From Malacoraja senta (taxonomy: Eukaryota): 60,000 nt of DNA. Below the pieces are notes generated by a model. The model did no database searches, was not told the DNA's origin, and worked only from the letters and a program-made list of their open reading frames with translations. Position numbers and translations under genes: made by a program. Shown here piece after piece: positions 11,667-25,499 of the stretch. How positions within the stretch are numbered: the stretch's first letter is position 1; every line of letters starts with the position of its first letter. The stretch spans positions 6,078,001 to 6,138,000 of the forward strand of contig CM075990.1 in assembly GCA_038087875.1 (NCBI GenBank). The letters run 5' to 3'.

Positions 11667-13490
11667 CTAAAGTGAAAGCACGTTGATCATTTACAGCAGT
11701 ATGAATGCAGAACATGGCTGGAAATTAATCCGTGATCAAATCTCATGATCATAAGATCATTACAGGAAGAACAATTTGCTTTTTAATAAAGATTTTAAAT
11801 TCTTAACTGTGAACTTGGCTTCAATAGTAGTGCTTCTACGTCTGAGTCACAATGTTCTTGGAATAAATATTTCTAGAATTTAAACACTAATGTGATCTTT
11901 CCATCAGTGCCAAGGCAGTGCAGATCAATGACTCTTTAGAACAGAGAACATGCAGCACAAGAAAGGCCCTTCGGCCCACAATGTCCATGCGAAATATGAT
12001 GCCAAGTTAAATTAACCTCCTTTGTCTGCATCCATCCCTGCATATTCATGTGCTTGTCCAAAAGTCTCTTAAATGGCACTATCTTTCAACCCTATTAATC
12101 CTGCATTGTTGGAAGTGTCTTTGAATGGAATTTTAGAAACATTTATAGAAGAGCCTGAACAGATATGGATTGCTTTCCAAAAATAGACCAGAGACAGTTT
12201 GATTGCAGTCCTTGCTAACGTTACTCAGTCAAACATTAAAAACTGCTATTTGTTCACTCAAGCTCAATGTGCACAAATTAGTGACTGCATTTGCCTCACA
12301 GCAGTTCCCGAGTTGGTTTTAAAAGCAACAATTTCTGTTGCAAAGAAAAGTTCAAACTTTAAGAGGATTCAGAAGAAAATTAAAATTGGAGCTATACACT
12401 GCAGGATTTCAAACATTTTTGAAAATTATAGCATGTCATAATTTTATATTTAAGAAGATTTCATAGCACGCACTCAGCTGTTGATAAAATGTTGAACATT
12501 TCAGCCTTGCGTTTGTGGCGATATGCTTTGGGACCACCAAAACAAAATAAGGCGTATATAAATTTAATTTTCCTCATCATATCCATTGACAAGTGATAAT
12601 ACATATTTTCTGGAGTTCATAAGGTGATGCAATATTGGGTCTCTAATGTAATCTGACAGGTTTAATCCTGTCATCAAAAAACATTCCAAATGGTGCTGTT
12701 TGAGTACAAGAACAATGTGTGAATGGATATGTCAATGATAGAACAAAACATTTAAAACAAATTCAGGGTAACCTTGGTGATGGTATGGGAACACTTGTCC
12801 TCCTGGCAAAATTTAGCTCACATCATTGGGAAAATGGGCAGCAACTCATTAGGTTAAATTTTAGTTTCAGCTACGTTACTTCAAAGATTAAACAGGAACA
12901 GCTATAAAATGAATACGATGGGAATTTCTACTGAGAATAAAGACTTTACGAATAATTATTCAGGATTGCCTTTTGTTTTGAATGTGTGCCTGAGTATCTT
13001 GAGAACATATTCAATTATATTATCAATATTAATTTTTAAATAAATAATCATTGGAATACTTCTAATAATATTCTGCTTCTTCCTGATAGCATCATTGAAA
13101 AGACTTTATTTGGATCAGTTCTCTTTCCACAAACTACATCTTGTTTGTGATTGAATGGGTTCAATGGGTACTTTCAAAAACAAAAATCAAACTTATATGC
13201 TCACAAATGTTAATCATGACACCAGGTTCAGGACTACAATCTTGAAGTAAACAGCATTACTCAACATTGGACTGCCTTAAGTTACCAAAACATTTTGGAA
13301 TGTACATGGATGTCCAGAGCTCACCAAATACATTGTTTGAAAAATTCACAGGGAGATTTGACTTCCATACACTTTTAAATGTCAAAAGAATTTGGTTTCA
13401 TAGGACACCATTTTACATCAAGGGATTTGTTCTTGCAATCTACTTAACCCACATTTAATCTAAACTTTGAGCAAAATATGCGGTGTTTAC

Positions 13491-13547
13491 CTGAGCATCG
13501 ACCTTTGCAAGACTTGTATCCACAACCATACTTTCATCTCGTTTGCC
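13491..13547 (-). CDS. ANXA3: Annexin exon (GKRDESMVVDTSLAKVDAQ)
   Basis: 57-nt exon, poly-T-AG/GTAAAC boundaries, G.RDE...VD..LA..DAQ linker motif. Confidence 0.95.
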
Positions 13548-14830
13548 CTAAAAAAAAGACAGCTCAGTTAGGACAGAATCTCAATACAAAGAAATAATAT
13601 AGCATAAGTATTCAAAGGATTTGCATCACTGCACAAAACAACTCTTGGTGATGTGATCTATTAGTTCTCCATGTTAGTTCATTGATTTTGTTCTCTCTTA
13701 ATGCCACATGAACACCAGCCTTCAAAGTATTTTAACCAAATAACCAGTGTTTACACAGGAGTGTAGATAACAATGCTGGACAAAATTCTGGAATAATTCA
13801 GCAGGACAGGCAGCATCTCTGCAGAGAAGGAATGGGTGGGTCTTCAGAATGATCTCAACCCAAAACATCACCCATTCCTTCTTTCCAGAAATGTTGCTGA
13901 GATACTCCAACATTTTATGTGTATCTTCGGTTTAAACCACCATCTGTAGTTCTTTCCTACACATTAGATACCAATGCTAATAGCTGTAGGAAGGAACTGC
14001 AGATGCTGGTTTAAACTGAAGAAACACACAAAATGCTGGAGTAACTCAGCGGGACAGGCAGCAACTCTGGAGAGAAGGAAGAGTGATGTTTTGGGTCGAG
14101 ACCCTTCTTCAGACTTACTGAATGGCATCCCAACCAAGCCCATGACTGTGTTTTCTTTTAACTATTGTATCCACATCAAAGGATTACTTTCCATCAATCA
14201 AGAACAATGGACCTGGTTGTTTTTTTTCCTCCCCAGGTGAGAAGCACTGAAACCAATTGTCCAGGTGACTCACCAGACACTACAAAACTAGACATCAAAT
14301 CACAGACATAATAATCTGGCACCTCAATAGATAATTCATTTCCAGTCTGCCGACCTGAAGTGAACCATACTATGGGCAATGCTGCCAATCATTGATGAGT
14401 TGAGTTTAATTTATTGTCACAGGTAGAGAAAAGCTTATGTTGCATGCTAACCAGTCAGCGGAAAGAGGGCACAATCGAGCCTTCCACAGTATACAGATAC
14501 ATGATAAAAGAATAACATGAATGATTGGAACTTGTGTTTCCTCATTAGTTTGAGTCTTTGGGATTACCATACCTGTAGAATAACCACACTGCTACTGTGC
14601 CCTTACAATAAATACAGCAACCCCGGGTTTTTGATATTAGGGGATTTGAATAAGTTAGCACATTGAACGTTAGAGGTAATAGACTTTCTCGTGTTGGAAA
14701 TCGTTCCCCACTAGCTGTTTGGCAATCATGAGTGAGATGCAGGCATGACATTTCCTTAATTGTATTGCAATGTCCAAATAATGCAAGTACACAGTCCCAT
14801 GGAAATGCCATGGTTACAAAGCAAACTGAC

Positions 14831-14910
14831 CTTCTGCAGGGCCAGAAGAAAATTTTCAAAGTCACCAGCATTCTCACCCTGGATAGATTCCTTTAAACTC
14901 ACTGCATTCT
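14831..14910 (-). CDS. ANXA3: Annexin exon (ENAVSLKESIQGENAGDFENFLLALQK)
   Basis: 80-nt exon, AG/GTCAGT boundaries, phases consistent with both neighbours. Confidence 0.93.
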
Positions 14911-15464
14911 CTATCAAAAAGAAATAACACAAATATAGTTACCATTGAAAAAAATCTCTTGTTTTCTGCCTCGTAAATACAAAATATACTTTTAGTTTTA
15001 GTCCATTCAAGTACATATTATACACCTGCAGGAAACACCAAATTAGAGCATACTGAAGAGCGCATTAAAAATGTATGCAACTTATCTATTTTAATTCCAC
15101 AGGAACAAGCACTTAAATCCGCACATGATAATCTGACAATCTACATTTCATTACATCACTACATTGGACAAACACAGACTCGTCCATAGCTCTGTGGAGC
15201 ACCTGCCCTCAGTCCACAAGAATGGCCCTGAGCTTCTAGTTATTTGCCACTTTCATTCACCATCCCACAGCCACTCCAACTCTCCGTCTGTGGCCTCCTG
15301 CACTGTTACAAAAAGGCTCAACACAAACTCATCTTTCACCTGGGCACTCTGCAGCCTTTAGGACTCAACATCAAATTACTTTAGATAATACACCTCTTCT
15401 TTTTGCATTATCAGAACTGGTGGCCCATCATCATTTCGGCTCAGTTTTTCCCTTTTCTCTGTAG

Positions 15465-16270
15465 GTTTAGGTTCATTATTGTCATGTGTGTCGAGGTATA
15501 GTGAAAAGCTTTGTTTTGCCTGCAATCCAATCAGATCCTATACAGTTGTCAAACTCAATTGAGACAAGGTAGATCAAAGGGGAAGATACAGATTGCAGAA
15601 TATAATTCTCAGCATTGTAGCACACCAGTTCCATAGCCAAAGTCCAATGTCCACTATGGGAATGGAGGTGGAAAGCACCTTATCTTTTGGGAGGACCGTT
15701 CAGAAGCCTGATAATAGAGGGGAAGAAGCTGTTTCAGCGTTTGGTGGTGCATGCTTTCAAGTTTCTGAGAATGACCGGATGAGATAAGTCTTTGATTATG
15801 TTGATTGATTTTCTGAGGCAGCGTGAAGGGCAGTTGGAGTCAATAGTGGGGAGCCTGATCAGCATGATGGTTACGCTCACAACTCTTCACAATTTCTTGT
15901 GGTCTTGGGCAGAGTTGTTCCCAAACCAAGCTGTGATTGCAACACAACAGTCTGCTTTCCATGGTGCATCTGAAGTTTGAGCCATTGGAGACATGCCAAA
16001 TTCCCTCAGTCTCCTCAAGAAGTAGAGATGTTGTTGTGCCTTCTTGGCTGTTACTTCAATGTGATAGGTCCACAACAGATCATTGGTAATATTAACGTCA
16101 AGGAACTTGAAGATCTAGACCATTTCCACTTCAGCACCATTGATGCTAATTGGGGCATGTACTCCACCATGCTTCCTGCAGTCGATAACTAGCTCCTTTG
16201 TCTTGGTGATATTGAGGGAGAGGTTGTTGTCCTGACACCATGTTACTAAGTTCTTTATCTTTTTCATGTA
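15465..16270 (-). mobile_element. Rex1/Babar-type LINE 3' fragment (same 3' UTR at about 14400-14520, 50920-51155 and 55660-55800; short RT piece at 36895-36990)
   Basis: WCQDNNLSLNITKTKELVID and KKAQQHLYFLRRL motifs in ORFs 16115..16327 and 15887..16075. Confidence 0.85.
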
Positions 16271-17071
16271 CTTTATCTGCTGGGCATGTTCCATGGCCTT
16301 ACCATTGGTTACACATTTCATTGGCACACATGCTCAATCTGAACCACTCCTTAACTGGACCGTGGGTCACCTGGTCTATCATAGACATCCCCTTTGTTCT
16401 GCACATCCCATCCTCTCTGCAACCTAAAACTAATTTATTTTCTCTTTTACCCCAGTCTTGGACCTAAAACATTTATTGTTTCTCCATCCACAGATGCCGA
16501 CTGACCTACAGAGGCAAATCTAGTATTTTCTGATTTTAATTCATATTTCCAGCATCTGTGGTTTTGTGATTTTCATACTAATAGTAGATGCATTAAGATA
16601 AAGAGGACACAGTGATATAGAATTATTCACTGGACATGCATGGTTAAAGGAAGAAATAATACTCCAAGGGAAAGTACAGTTGTTGAAATTAAGGAAATAA
16701 AATTGGATTGTGTTTTTCTGTGTTTTATCTAGTTACAGTTTTCATCTTGTGATGGACATTGTTGGATTTATAGGTTTATCAAAGGCAAAACCTTTCACAG
16801 AACAGAATAACCAAAGCTTACGTGATGTGCTAACTATGAAGGGGACAGTTACCAATTGAGTTGAGCATCAGTGGCTCGATGAGCACACATACATGGTAGT
16901 GGGCAACAAGGACAAAGAGTAGGAAGTCACGATCACAGTGCGAGGTGTCATCAATCTAGTTGTGTGACTCAGACTGACGATCTGAGAAACATTCATAAAC
17001 GGCAACCTTTGGTTAACTTGGGATCTGAAAGTAATATTGTCTTCGAGAGCAGAAAGATGTACAATCTTCCT

Positions 17072-17425
17072 ATGGGTGGCACAGAGCAGCAGCTAATGGA
17101 GCTGCTGTTCTTGTAACGCAGGATCGATTCTCCAGTGCAGGTGAGTGGAGGAATCCAGAGGCATTGAGTGAGTGGAGGTGAGTGGAGTGGTGGATTGGTG
17201 TTCATCTGGGACCTTGTGGGCTGCCACCAAATGCTCCAGATTCCTCCCACAACCCACAGATCTGTGGGTTGGTAGGTTAATGATTCACTGTAAATTCTCC
17301 TTAATGTGCAGGTGAGTGGAGGAATCCATTGATGGGAATGTGGGGAAAATTGAGGTTAGTGTACGATGTATGCTGTCCCAGTGGGATGAAGGGTCCGTTT
17401 CATGCTGTATCACACTATTACTCTT
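17072..17425 (+). mobile_element. V-SINE (HE1-like), degraded
   Basis: ggtggcacagagcagcag head, V-domain remnant, CR1-like tail; internal duplication of gtgcaggtgagtggaggaatcca. Confidence 0.65.
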
Positions 17426-17546
17426 TGATGCAGCAACTAGCTTGGGATCTTTTCAAAGTAATAGCACAATGCTTAAGTGTGCCATTTCTATAACAGCAGT
17501 TATGACAACCGTGAGTACTGTGGAAATCAGAAAGCAATTCCATTAC

Positions 17547-17637
17547 CTGTTTGGTAGGCTTCAACAAGTTCATAAATTTGTTTGTTTGTCCTTGTAGCTA
17601 AAATTTCCAAGAGGACGTGTTCATCAGTTCCAGCACC
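17547..17637 (-). CDS. ANXA3: Annexin exon, repeat 2 (GAGTDEHVLLEILATRTNKQIYELVEAYQT)
   Basis: 91-nt exon, AG/GTAATG boundaries, GAGTDE..L.EIL..R motif. Confidence 0.96.
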
Positions 17638-18859
17638 CTATTAAACCACAGAATTCAAGTTCACCAAGATCTTAATCACATTTAGGAACAGAAATTACAC
17701 TTCCATCCCAAAATGGATTGCACAATAGCATGTAAATACCTTCGACCTATTATCTCTGCCAAATACGATGACACTTTGGCAACATGAGATTCATTTACAT
17801 TTTTGCGGTACTCTAGCAATAACATTCAATGACGTACATTACTCACAGCCCTTGGTATTTTAAGGCAAAAATTATTCGGGTTTATTTTCCCATTGTTTCT
17901 AAACTGCAATGAGGGTAATTTTTCCTCACACAGGTGCCACCTCAACCAGTCACCACTTAATGATGAATCTTTACTTGCGAGCAAAGGCAGACAATTTGAG
18001 AATGCTTGATTCTGTCTTTTGGCTGATCACGCATATGCACCATCACTGAACGGCAATCAAAGCAGAGAGTACACCTTTTCCCCTTGCAGGTTGCACCAGT
18101 TTAAAGGATGACTTGGATTTTTGACGTCCATGCCTTCAGCCATTTTAGATTAGCACAAGCATGTTGGACGGAGAGATTTGGGAACACATATCTGAGCGTT
18201 CTCCCTCAAACAAGGCTTATATTTCACAAAGAAATTGAAATGTCTATAAAACACTGGGCTTTGGCCTACACACCCAAAAAGGATCAGTGCTGAAGGAGGG
18301 GCCCCAAGGTGAGTGGAGGAAGGCAGGCCTTTTACTGGAGCTGCAGGAGAGTCACAGATAATTCAGGGCCTTTGATGGGGCGAAGAAAATAATAAGAGGT
18401 AACATCTGCCTCACAGATCATGGCCCAACTCTGAGGTCTGGATTCTCAGGATAAAATTGGGGCTTGAACAGGAAGAAATTGTGATTAACTGGATTTGGGA
18501 AGAAGGATGGTGCAAGGAGATATTTACAGTACTAGGCGGCTGAGATGAACACATTTGCTCCTCAAAAAATTCATTCAGTCATAAGCTGCCAATCTAATTT
18601 GTTATAACAGATTTCACTACCGGTTATTTAATGGAAAGTCAGTGGAAAGATTTTACTGGGAGGTTCAGGAAAACACTTGGTCCTTTGCTGTATCTGCAAA
18701 GGAAGTCACCTCTTTCTGACAGGGATGCATCTCATTGTCATTAAATTGGGCAGGTAGCATGCTTCATATTTTCCCGACTTCACAACACAGAAGGCCTATA
18801 CATTCGGCCAAAAAAGTCAGAGTTTCATTTCAACACTTATTTCCCCACTTGTCCGCTCA

Positions 18860-19058
18860 TCTACTCCTGCCACTCATCTACGTTAGAACAAATTCACAGG
18901 AGCCAATTAACATACCAGCATGTCTTTGGAATGTGGGAGGAATTCAGAAACCCATGTGATCGTAGGAGAACATGCAAACTCCACACAGGCAGAACCTAAT
19001 GTCAAAATCACACCCGAGTTGGTGGAAGCTGTGTGGCAGCAGCATTAACTACCATGCC
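18860..19058 (-). mobile_element. V-SINE fragment
   Basis: ccaattaac...tctttggaatgtgggagg...ggagaacatgcaaactccacac, the reverse V-domain. Confidence 0.7.
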
Positions 19059-19166
19059 TTTAGTTAGATAGTTGGAGAATTTAAGGACTTTGGGTGACAT
19101 AGTGAAACCTATTTCCAAGCGATTAAATCCAACTTGTAAAGAGGCCGAATATTAACTGTGACTCAC

Positions 19167-19280
19167 CTCCATTGCACAGTTTAGTTGTTGTGCATCAAAC
19201 TTTGCAGGAGTCAACATCAATCCCTCAACCACAGCTTCAAAATTCCCTCCGAGCTCCGATTTCAATTCATCAATTAGGTT
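19167..19280 (-). CDS. ANXA3: Annexin exon (NLIDELKSELGGNFEAVVEGLMLTPAKFDAQQLNCAME)
   Basis: 114-nt exon, CTGCAG/GTGAGT boundaries, LKSEL.G.FE motif. Confidence 0.96.
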
Positions 19281-20799
19281 CTGCAGCATTATTTATAACA
19301 CATTAATCAACAAAGTTTAGGGTTAAAATTTTACACAATGTACATTGGTGTTGGTGTCAACATCCTGTTCTTCACACCATGGGAATGAGTTTAGTTGATT
19401 TATTCTTTCCTCAACATGCCAAGTGTTTACAGCTAAATACATGTTTCTGTTTTTTACCTACTAACACTATCACTTACTTATGAGGTTAAATGCATATTAC
19501 TTGGAATGCTGGCAAAAACTGCACGTTGCTTTGAAGCCCTGTATTGTATTCTCTGGTGAATCCCGTTTGCCATGAAATGGACTGTATGTGATGTCTGGTG
19601 CTGGCAAGTAGTGAAATATCAGTAGATGCTGTGCAGCTGGAGTCGTCTAGATTGTGGGCTGTGTGAAGGGCTGAAGCTAGGGGCAGGGATGGGAACGCAA
19701 GATTCAGGAAGGTGGGCTGTTTCTGGCTGAATCAGGGATCAGGATTGCTTGTATCACCTTGTTTTGACCAGCTAAAACATATGGCAACTACAACTTTTGT
19801 ACATCATTATAGCCTGAGCTTCATTGCCAGCAGCCTTAGTGATCTCTGTGCATTTTTATTGCACGTAAGAAGTAATTGTCTCTCTGCTTCATGAATAATG
19901 ACACTGTGATATGCTGAAGGATTTAGTAAGAAAACGTATCCAGCAACGAAATAAATTTGAATTGTAACTTGCAAAGTGACAATTTCCATTGGAAGCACTT
20001 CTATACAAAAAGTTAACATGCAAATGCAGCTGCATGGTACCAATAATATGTGGTATCTTTACAAGATTGTCAACATATTTATAATCCCAATATTGGAATT
20101 ATTACTACCAAACAGCACACCACATTTTTGCTGTTTTTGCACAAGAAATGCAAGTACATTAAGAATCTTTTAATGTTGCCTTTACAATGCACACTGTAAC
20201 TATTTGTTTTAACTTACAAAGGAGCCCTTATTTGGAATGTTTCATGAAGTAAATTGCTCATGATGTAATTTAGCATGTGTCTATTGCTATGCTATCATAT
20301 GGATAGAAATATCTTGTGATTTCATATGCAAAAAGGAAAATAACTTTTTCATTTGTGATCCCTTATTTGGGAGAGGATGTTTTTTTCAGAATCACGAATT
20401 AAAGGCCCATGCCTGTGACGATGAAGCATGGTGCATCATTCCGTTGGTCTTCTATCATCAAAGTTTACGGATTTTAAACATTTCAGTTGGTGGCTCTGTA
20501 TCCAGTTCATTCCTTGATGCTTGAGGGAGAATGGGGTTGTAAGGCCATAGGTTGTAAGACGAATGGGGTTGAGACCAAAGGCAAAATATGACAATATATA
20601 TCTTACAGCAGTAATAGTTTCTAAATCTAAAGTAGTTCCTCCATCTATTATAAACTCATTTGCATTTGTTTATATTTATGGTTGATATGAAGGCTAAATT
20701 AAATTAGCTATTTATGCATTTGAAGAAAAAATTCTGAGATAAAGTCACATAGATTTAATATGGTATCTTAAGGTTTGAAGATTAACACTTTTAAATTAC

Positions 20800-20894
20800 C
20801 TGATCATAAGATGATTTGAAGGATTTAATGATCTGCTGCCGTTGACAATTAGTTCTACTTGACAAAAGATCAATGATGACATCTTCATCAGTTC
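20800..20894 (-). CDS. ANXA3: Annexin exon, repeat 1 (GTDEDVIIDLLSSRTNCQRQQIIKSFKSSYDQ)
   Basis: 95-nt exon, AG/GTAATT boundaries, GTDE..II..L..R...QRQ motif. Confidence 0.96.
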
Positions 20895-21110
20895 CTATTG
20901 GAGGAAGTGCAAGGCATTCTATTAAATATCCCAAGGCTAACTGACATAAAGATAACATCAACATTCACTATCACATATTTTGAGAAAGTTACATTCACAA
21001 GTTACAATACATCAAACCTTGAGATCAGAGTAATTTTCCTGCCTACCTCGACCATCCAAACAGATAGCATTTGTTTCTGTATGGTCTTTTCCATCCAAAG
21101 ATGACTTGGA

Positions 21111-21715
21111 TCATAGAACAGTACATCAGGAAGAAGCCCTTCAGCCCACAATCTCTGTGCTGAGCACGATGCCACGGCCAACTCTTATCTGCTTGCACAT
21201 AATCCATTTCCATGTGCCTTTCTAAAAGTGTCATAAATGCCACTATCATACCTGCCACCACCCTTGGCGGTGCGTCCCAGGTACTCACCATCGTTTGTGT
21301 AAAAAAAAAAATCACATCCTGCCAATCTCCTTTAAACTTTGCCACTCTCACCTTAAAGATATGCCCTGTATTGTTTAATATTTCCATACCAGGAAAAGGT
21401 TCTGATTGTCTATCCTTTTGATGCCTCTCATAATTTATACATTTCTATCAGTTGTCTTCTCAGCCTCTGGTGTTCAGAGAAAATAATCCATGTTTATCCA
21501 ATCTCTTGTAACTAATACCCCCTATTCCAGGCATCCTTTTGGTAAACCTCCTCTGCACCCTTTCCAAAAGGTGCACATCCGTCCTGTGTTGGGGCAACCA
21601 GAACTGCATGCAATATTCCAAATGCAGCCGAACTAAAGCTGCATTATGACCTGCATCCTGAGACCTATACTCAATTCCTCGACCAATGAAGGTAAGCATA
21701 CCATATTGCCTTTTC
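21111..21715 (-). mobile_element. CR1 LINE 3' fragment
   Basis: ORF 21460..21699 (HLEYCMQFW..., LERVQRRFTK) plus CR1 3' UTR. Confidence 0.85.
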
Positions 21716-24700
21716 TGCCATTTAGCTTTCTATCACACCCCAAGAATAACAGGCTATTTGAGCAGGTATATATCACCTGCATACTGCTCAGGGATTAGTT
21801 TGGGGCATTCTTCACTATTCCCTGAATTGACATCAGGTACTTTGGATAGAAAATATGAATTATAAATGGACGTTTGCACAAAAAAAATTTAAATCTGCTG
21901 GTATCAGGCTCTTTTTTTCTAAAGAATATAAAGTGAAATAATTAAAATTATTAAAGTTTGTGAAAGGGCATATGATTCCACCTTTGGAGCTTCCTAAAAC
22001 AGGGTCCTATAAATGCAAGACAGTCATTAATACATTTGATTATGGAAAATATTTTAAATTATACAAAACGTGGTTGCACCTGTGTAATAATAATGCAGCC
22101 ATATTTTGCGGTTTGTCAGTAGAAGCCTGGCATAGTGTTTTTGAATCGAGTACAGAAACTGCCAACTATGCAGACTAACATTTGTTAAGTAAATGGACAT
22201 TTTCAGGACATGATGTATATGGTTGTTGGGGAAGTGCAGTGTCTTTTACTTATCACCATGGGACTTCCCTAGATTTTACTGATGGGAAAACAAAAGTAAA
22301 CTGGCAGCGTTACCAAAGTGGATTGGAAATGTGTATCATGAGACAGCCACTGGGGCTCGATTGGATCGGGCGCTGCTCCAAGAGGTCGAACGTGTGGACC
22401 AGACGCGGCTGACAGTGGTGGAGCAGTATTGGAGGAGGACACCACGGCTAGGCTTAGCCAGGCTGACCCTGTAATGCCGCCATGACAATGGGCCCTCATG
22501 GCCATTGAGCACTAAAGCGACATGAATGTCCCTTGATTCATCAACACCTCTTCAGCTGAAGGTTCTGAGTGATAAAACAAAATCAATCCACTGAAGGAAC
22601 TCAGCAGATCGAGCTGCAGTAGTGGTGTTAAAGCAAATGTTGACATTAAGTCAAACACGGGACTGGAGAGCAGGACTGATGAAGCTCTTTGTACCTTCTA
22701 TCTCCCCTCTCAATCCTGATGCAGAGTTTCAACCCAAACATCAACATTTTCTCCCACCCCCAGATGCTGGTGAATCTGAATTCCTCCAGCAGATTGTTTC
22801 ATGCTTGAGATCTGCAGTCTCTTGTGTCAGTAAATCAATGAATCTGCTTCAACACTGTAGAAAATACTTCCCCCTGAATGTAGAGGATTATTGACCTCAA
22901 AGGTATTAGAGTGAGCAGTAAACTACAACCACAGCAACCTGGAATGTTTCTAAAGCCAGTCAATGGTGATTGCAACCTTGATCTCAATTGTCAAAGCATT
23001 CCAGGCAAGCCTGGTGTACAGGCTACAGAAGTTCATTGTTCTTCTAATGCCATTCTTGATCAATCTTAGCCTCGGGAGACATTGCTCCTCAGACAGGTTG
23101 TGATAGGACCACAAGCGTCTGCAAACTCAGGATGGTGATGAGAGGTATGCTGAGGATCATCTAGTTTTGGAGCAGAACTCGTAGGAATAGCACACGAGTC
23201 GAGTTCTGAAATGCAAGCAAAGGTAAGATGCACCCCCAGGGTGATTAATAAAAACTCAGAATCTAGAGTTTCATCAACAAGAGTAGCCATGTTAAACAAA
23301 GTTAACAAAATGTTAAACAAAATTAAACAAAGTTAAGCTGGGAGGGGAATTGCTGTACAACATTCTCACAGTAGCACGATTTGGATAGAAAATATTTGGC
23401 ATTCAACAATGTTCAGAAGGAATATCAAGTGTGGTTCATGAAGCTTTGAATATATACTACACAATGGAAGATTAAAAGAGACAGGAGGCTAAAATCTTAA
23501 AATAACGAAACAAAAGAAAAACTAGGCTGTTGAAGATCCGGTTTAACCTGCAGTATAACCTGTGTAGAAAGAAATGCAAATGCTGGAATATACCGAAGAT
23601 AGACATAAAGTGCTGGAGTATTTCAACGGGTCAGGCAGCATCTCTAAAGAAAAAGGACTGGTGATGTTTCGGATCGGGACCCTTCTTCTGAAGAAGGGTC
23701 CCCACCTGAAGCGCAAGACATCCTTCTTCTCCAAAGATGCTGCCTGACCCACTGAGTTACTCCAGCACTTTGTATCTATCTTCGGTATAACCTTCTGTAG
23801 CTCAGTGCATGGTGGGATTTTTGTTTTCCTCGTACTTTCTTTCCCCTGGCATAAAATTTTGCCAAATCAAAAGTAATCCTAACATTTTCAACATTTGACC
23901 ACACTGGTCTGAAAAACAACAGTCCTTACTGATACACCTAGCAAACATTTTTATCCCTAAAACCTTGCCCAATGCACAAATTTCAATTTATGCTCCATGG
24001 GATCTGTGACCTTACATGGCTTCAAATGCAGCCTCCCGAGTGTCTTAACTGCATTGCCAGAGGGTCACAGTGCATTTCAAATACATGGCAGGTGAATTCC
24101 AGGCTGCAGCTGCTGATCTGTGCCGAATCTCAGGGTTTGCTGCTCACCGTTGGTTTCAGATCACTCAAACTCCACACTCAAGGAAGAGACGTCATCTCCT
24201 TTGCATTGCGTCCTCACACTGCTGTTGAAAATCTGGTTTAGCCTGCAATGCAAGTGTCGGTGTCGGTTCTAGGTGGTGCAATGCTGGTTGGGAAATCTAT
24301 CCCTTCATTTACAGTGGGATATTTGTATTCCGAGCACATTTACTCCCCAGCATAAAATTCCCTGAAATACTATCAAAATTAATGCAACACAGAAAATTTT
24401 GGTCTTCAACATTTGCCCCCCCACTGGCAAAGAACATGTGGATATTTGTAAACATTCTGTAAGCATCAAGATACTATAGTCATGTCATTACTGAGACCTT
24501 AATGGCATCATCCTGCCCAGAAGCTCCTGACCACATCCTTATAGGGTCTCGGTGGCTTCCATGCAAAAAGGACATTGCCTCTGGGCACTCTTCTTCATCA
24601 ACTTGATCTGATTCCCTGAAACAAAATGCCCATCCATTCACTGCATTGCAACATCCATTTGTTCAGTATTGACACTCCCTGGTGGATGTTTGTAATGTAA

Positions 24701-25111
24701 TATGACTCTTTTATATGACTCTTTAAGACCTGCTCGTAAAGATTACATCTGCTATGTTACATGTTAATAACAATTAGAAATTGCAACACAAAATGGGATA
24801 TGCCACCTAAAATCAATTTTATCAACCTCACAGAGATCTTGTTATTTATAAGACTTTCACAAGCACACTATTTTAAACCAAAGAAAAAAGTATAGTTATC
24901 TCCAAGGCATCCTGTTTTTGCCAACTTCAGAGCTGTATCCTACATATCACTCTCAGCAGACGGATGCCAATGTAAGCTTCATTGCCCGTCAATCTCTGCT
25001 GAAAGCAAACCAGAATCAGACTTCTTGCGCTTTCCCCACCTCACCCGATCCCCTTCAGTACTCCTGAATTTTGCATTGCCACAAAAACATTGATTAAGTG
25101 CTTTGAGTTAC

Positions 25112-25193
25112 CTAGTCCTTTCATGGAATTTCGAAGATTTTCTGCATCGTGATAAGCATTAAAACCAGGACTTGGTTTGACAGTGCCTCTTGC
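25112..25193 (-). CDS. ANXA3: Annexin exon (ARGTVKPSPGFNAYHDAENLRNSMKGL)
   Basis: 82-nt exon, poly-T-AG/GTAACT boundaries, RGTV....F....DA..L...MKGLG motif of ANXA3/4/5-type annexins. Confidence 0.95.
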
Positions 25194-25499
25194 CTAAAAA
25201 AAAAAAGAAATATTATAATCAATTTCATTCTCAGAAAATTAAAATGCTTTCTAAGCCTTTTCGTAGTGGAACAATTGCAACAGGAACTTCATTTTAAAAA
25301 CAGATTGCATATTTGTGGGTGGCTAGGAATGGAACAATTTTCTGGAGTGTGTATCACAGATTAAATTTTAAATCTGTTTGTGTTCTATATTTTCATTATA
25401 CAACCTACAGATTTCAATTCTTGACATTTACCTCTCTGCTAACAGCAATATTTCACTCATAGATCTTGGTTTCTCATTTCATAAAAACAACCTCAAAGC

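Noticed and set aside
17960..18028. ATGATGA...CTGA box C/D snoRNA-like spacing
   Set aside because: Antisense to the host annexin, with no terminal stem and no recognisable guide.
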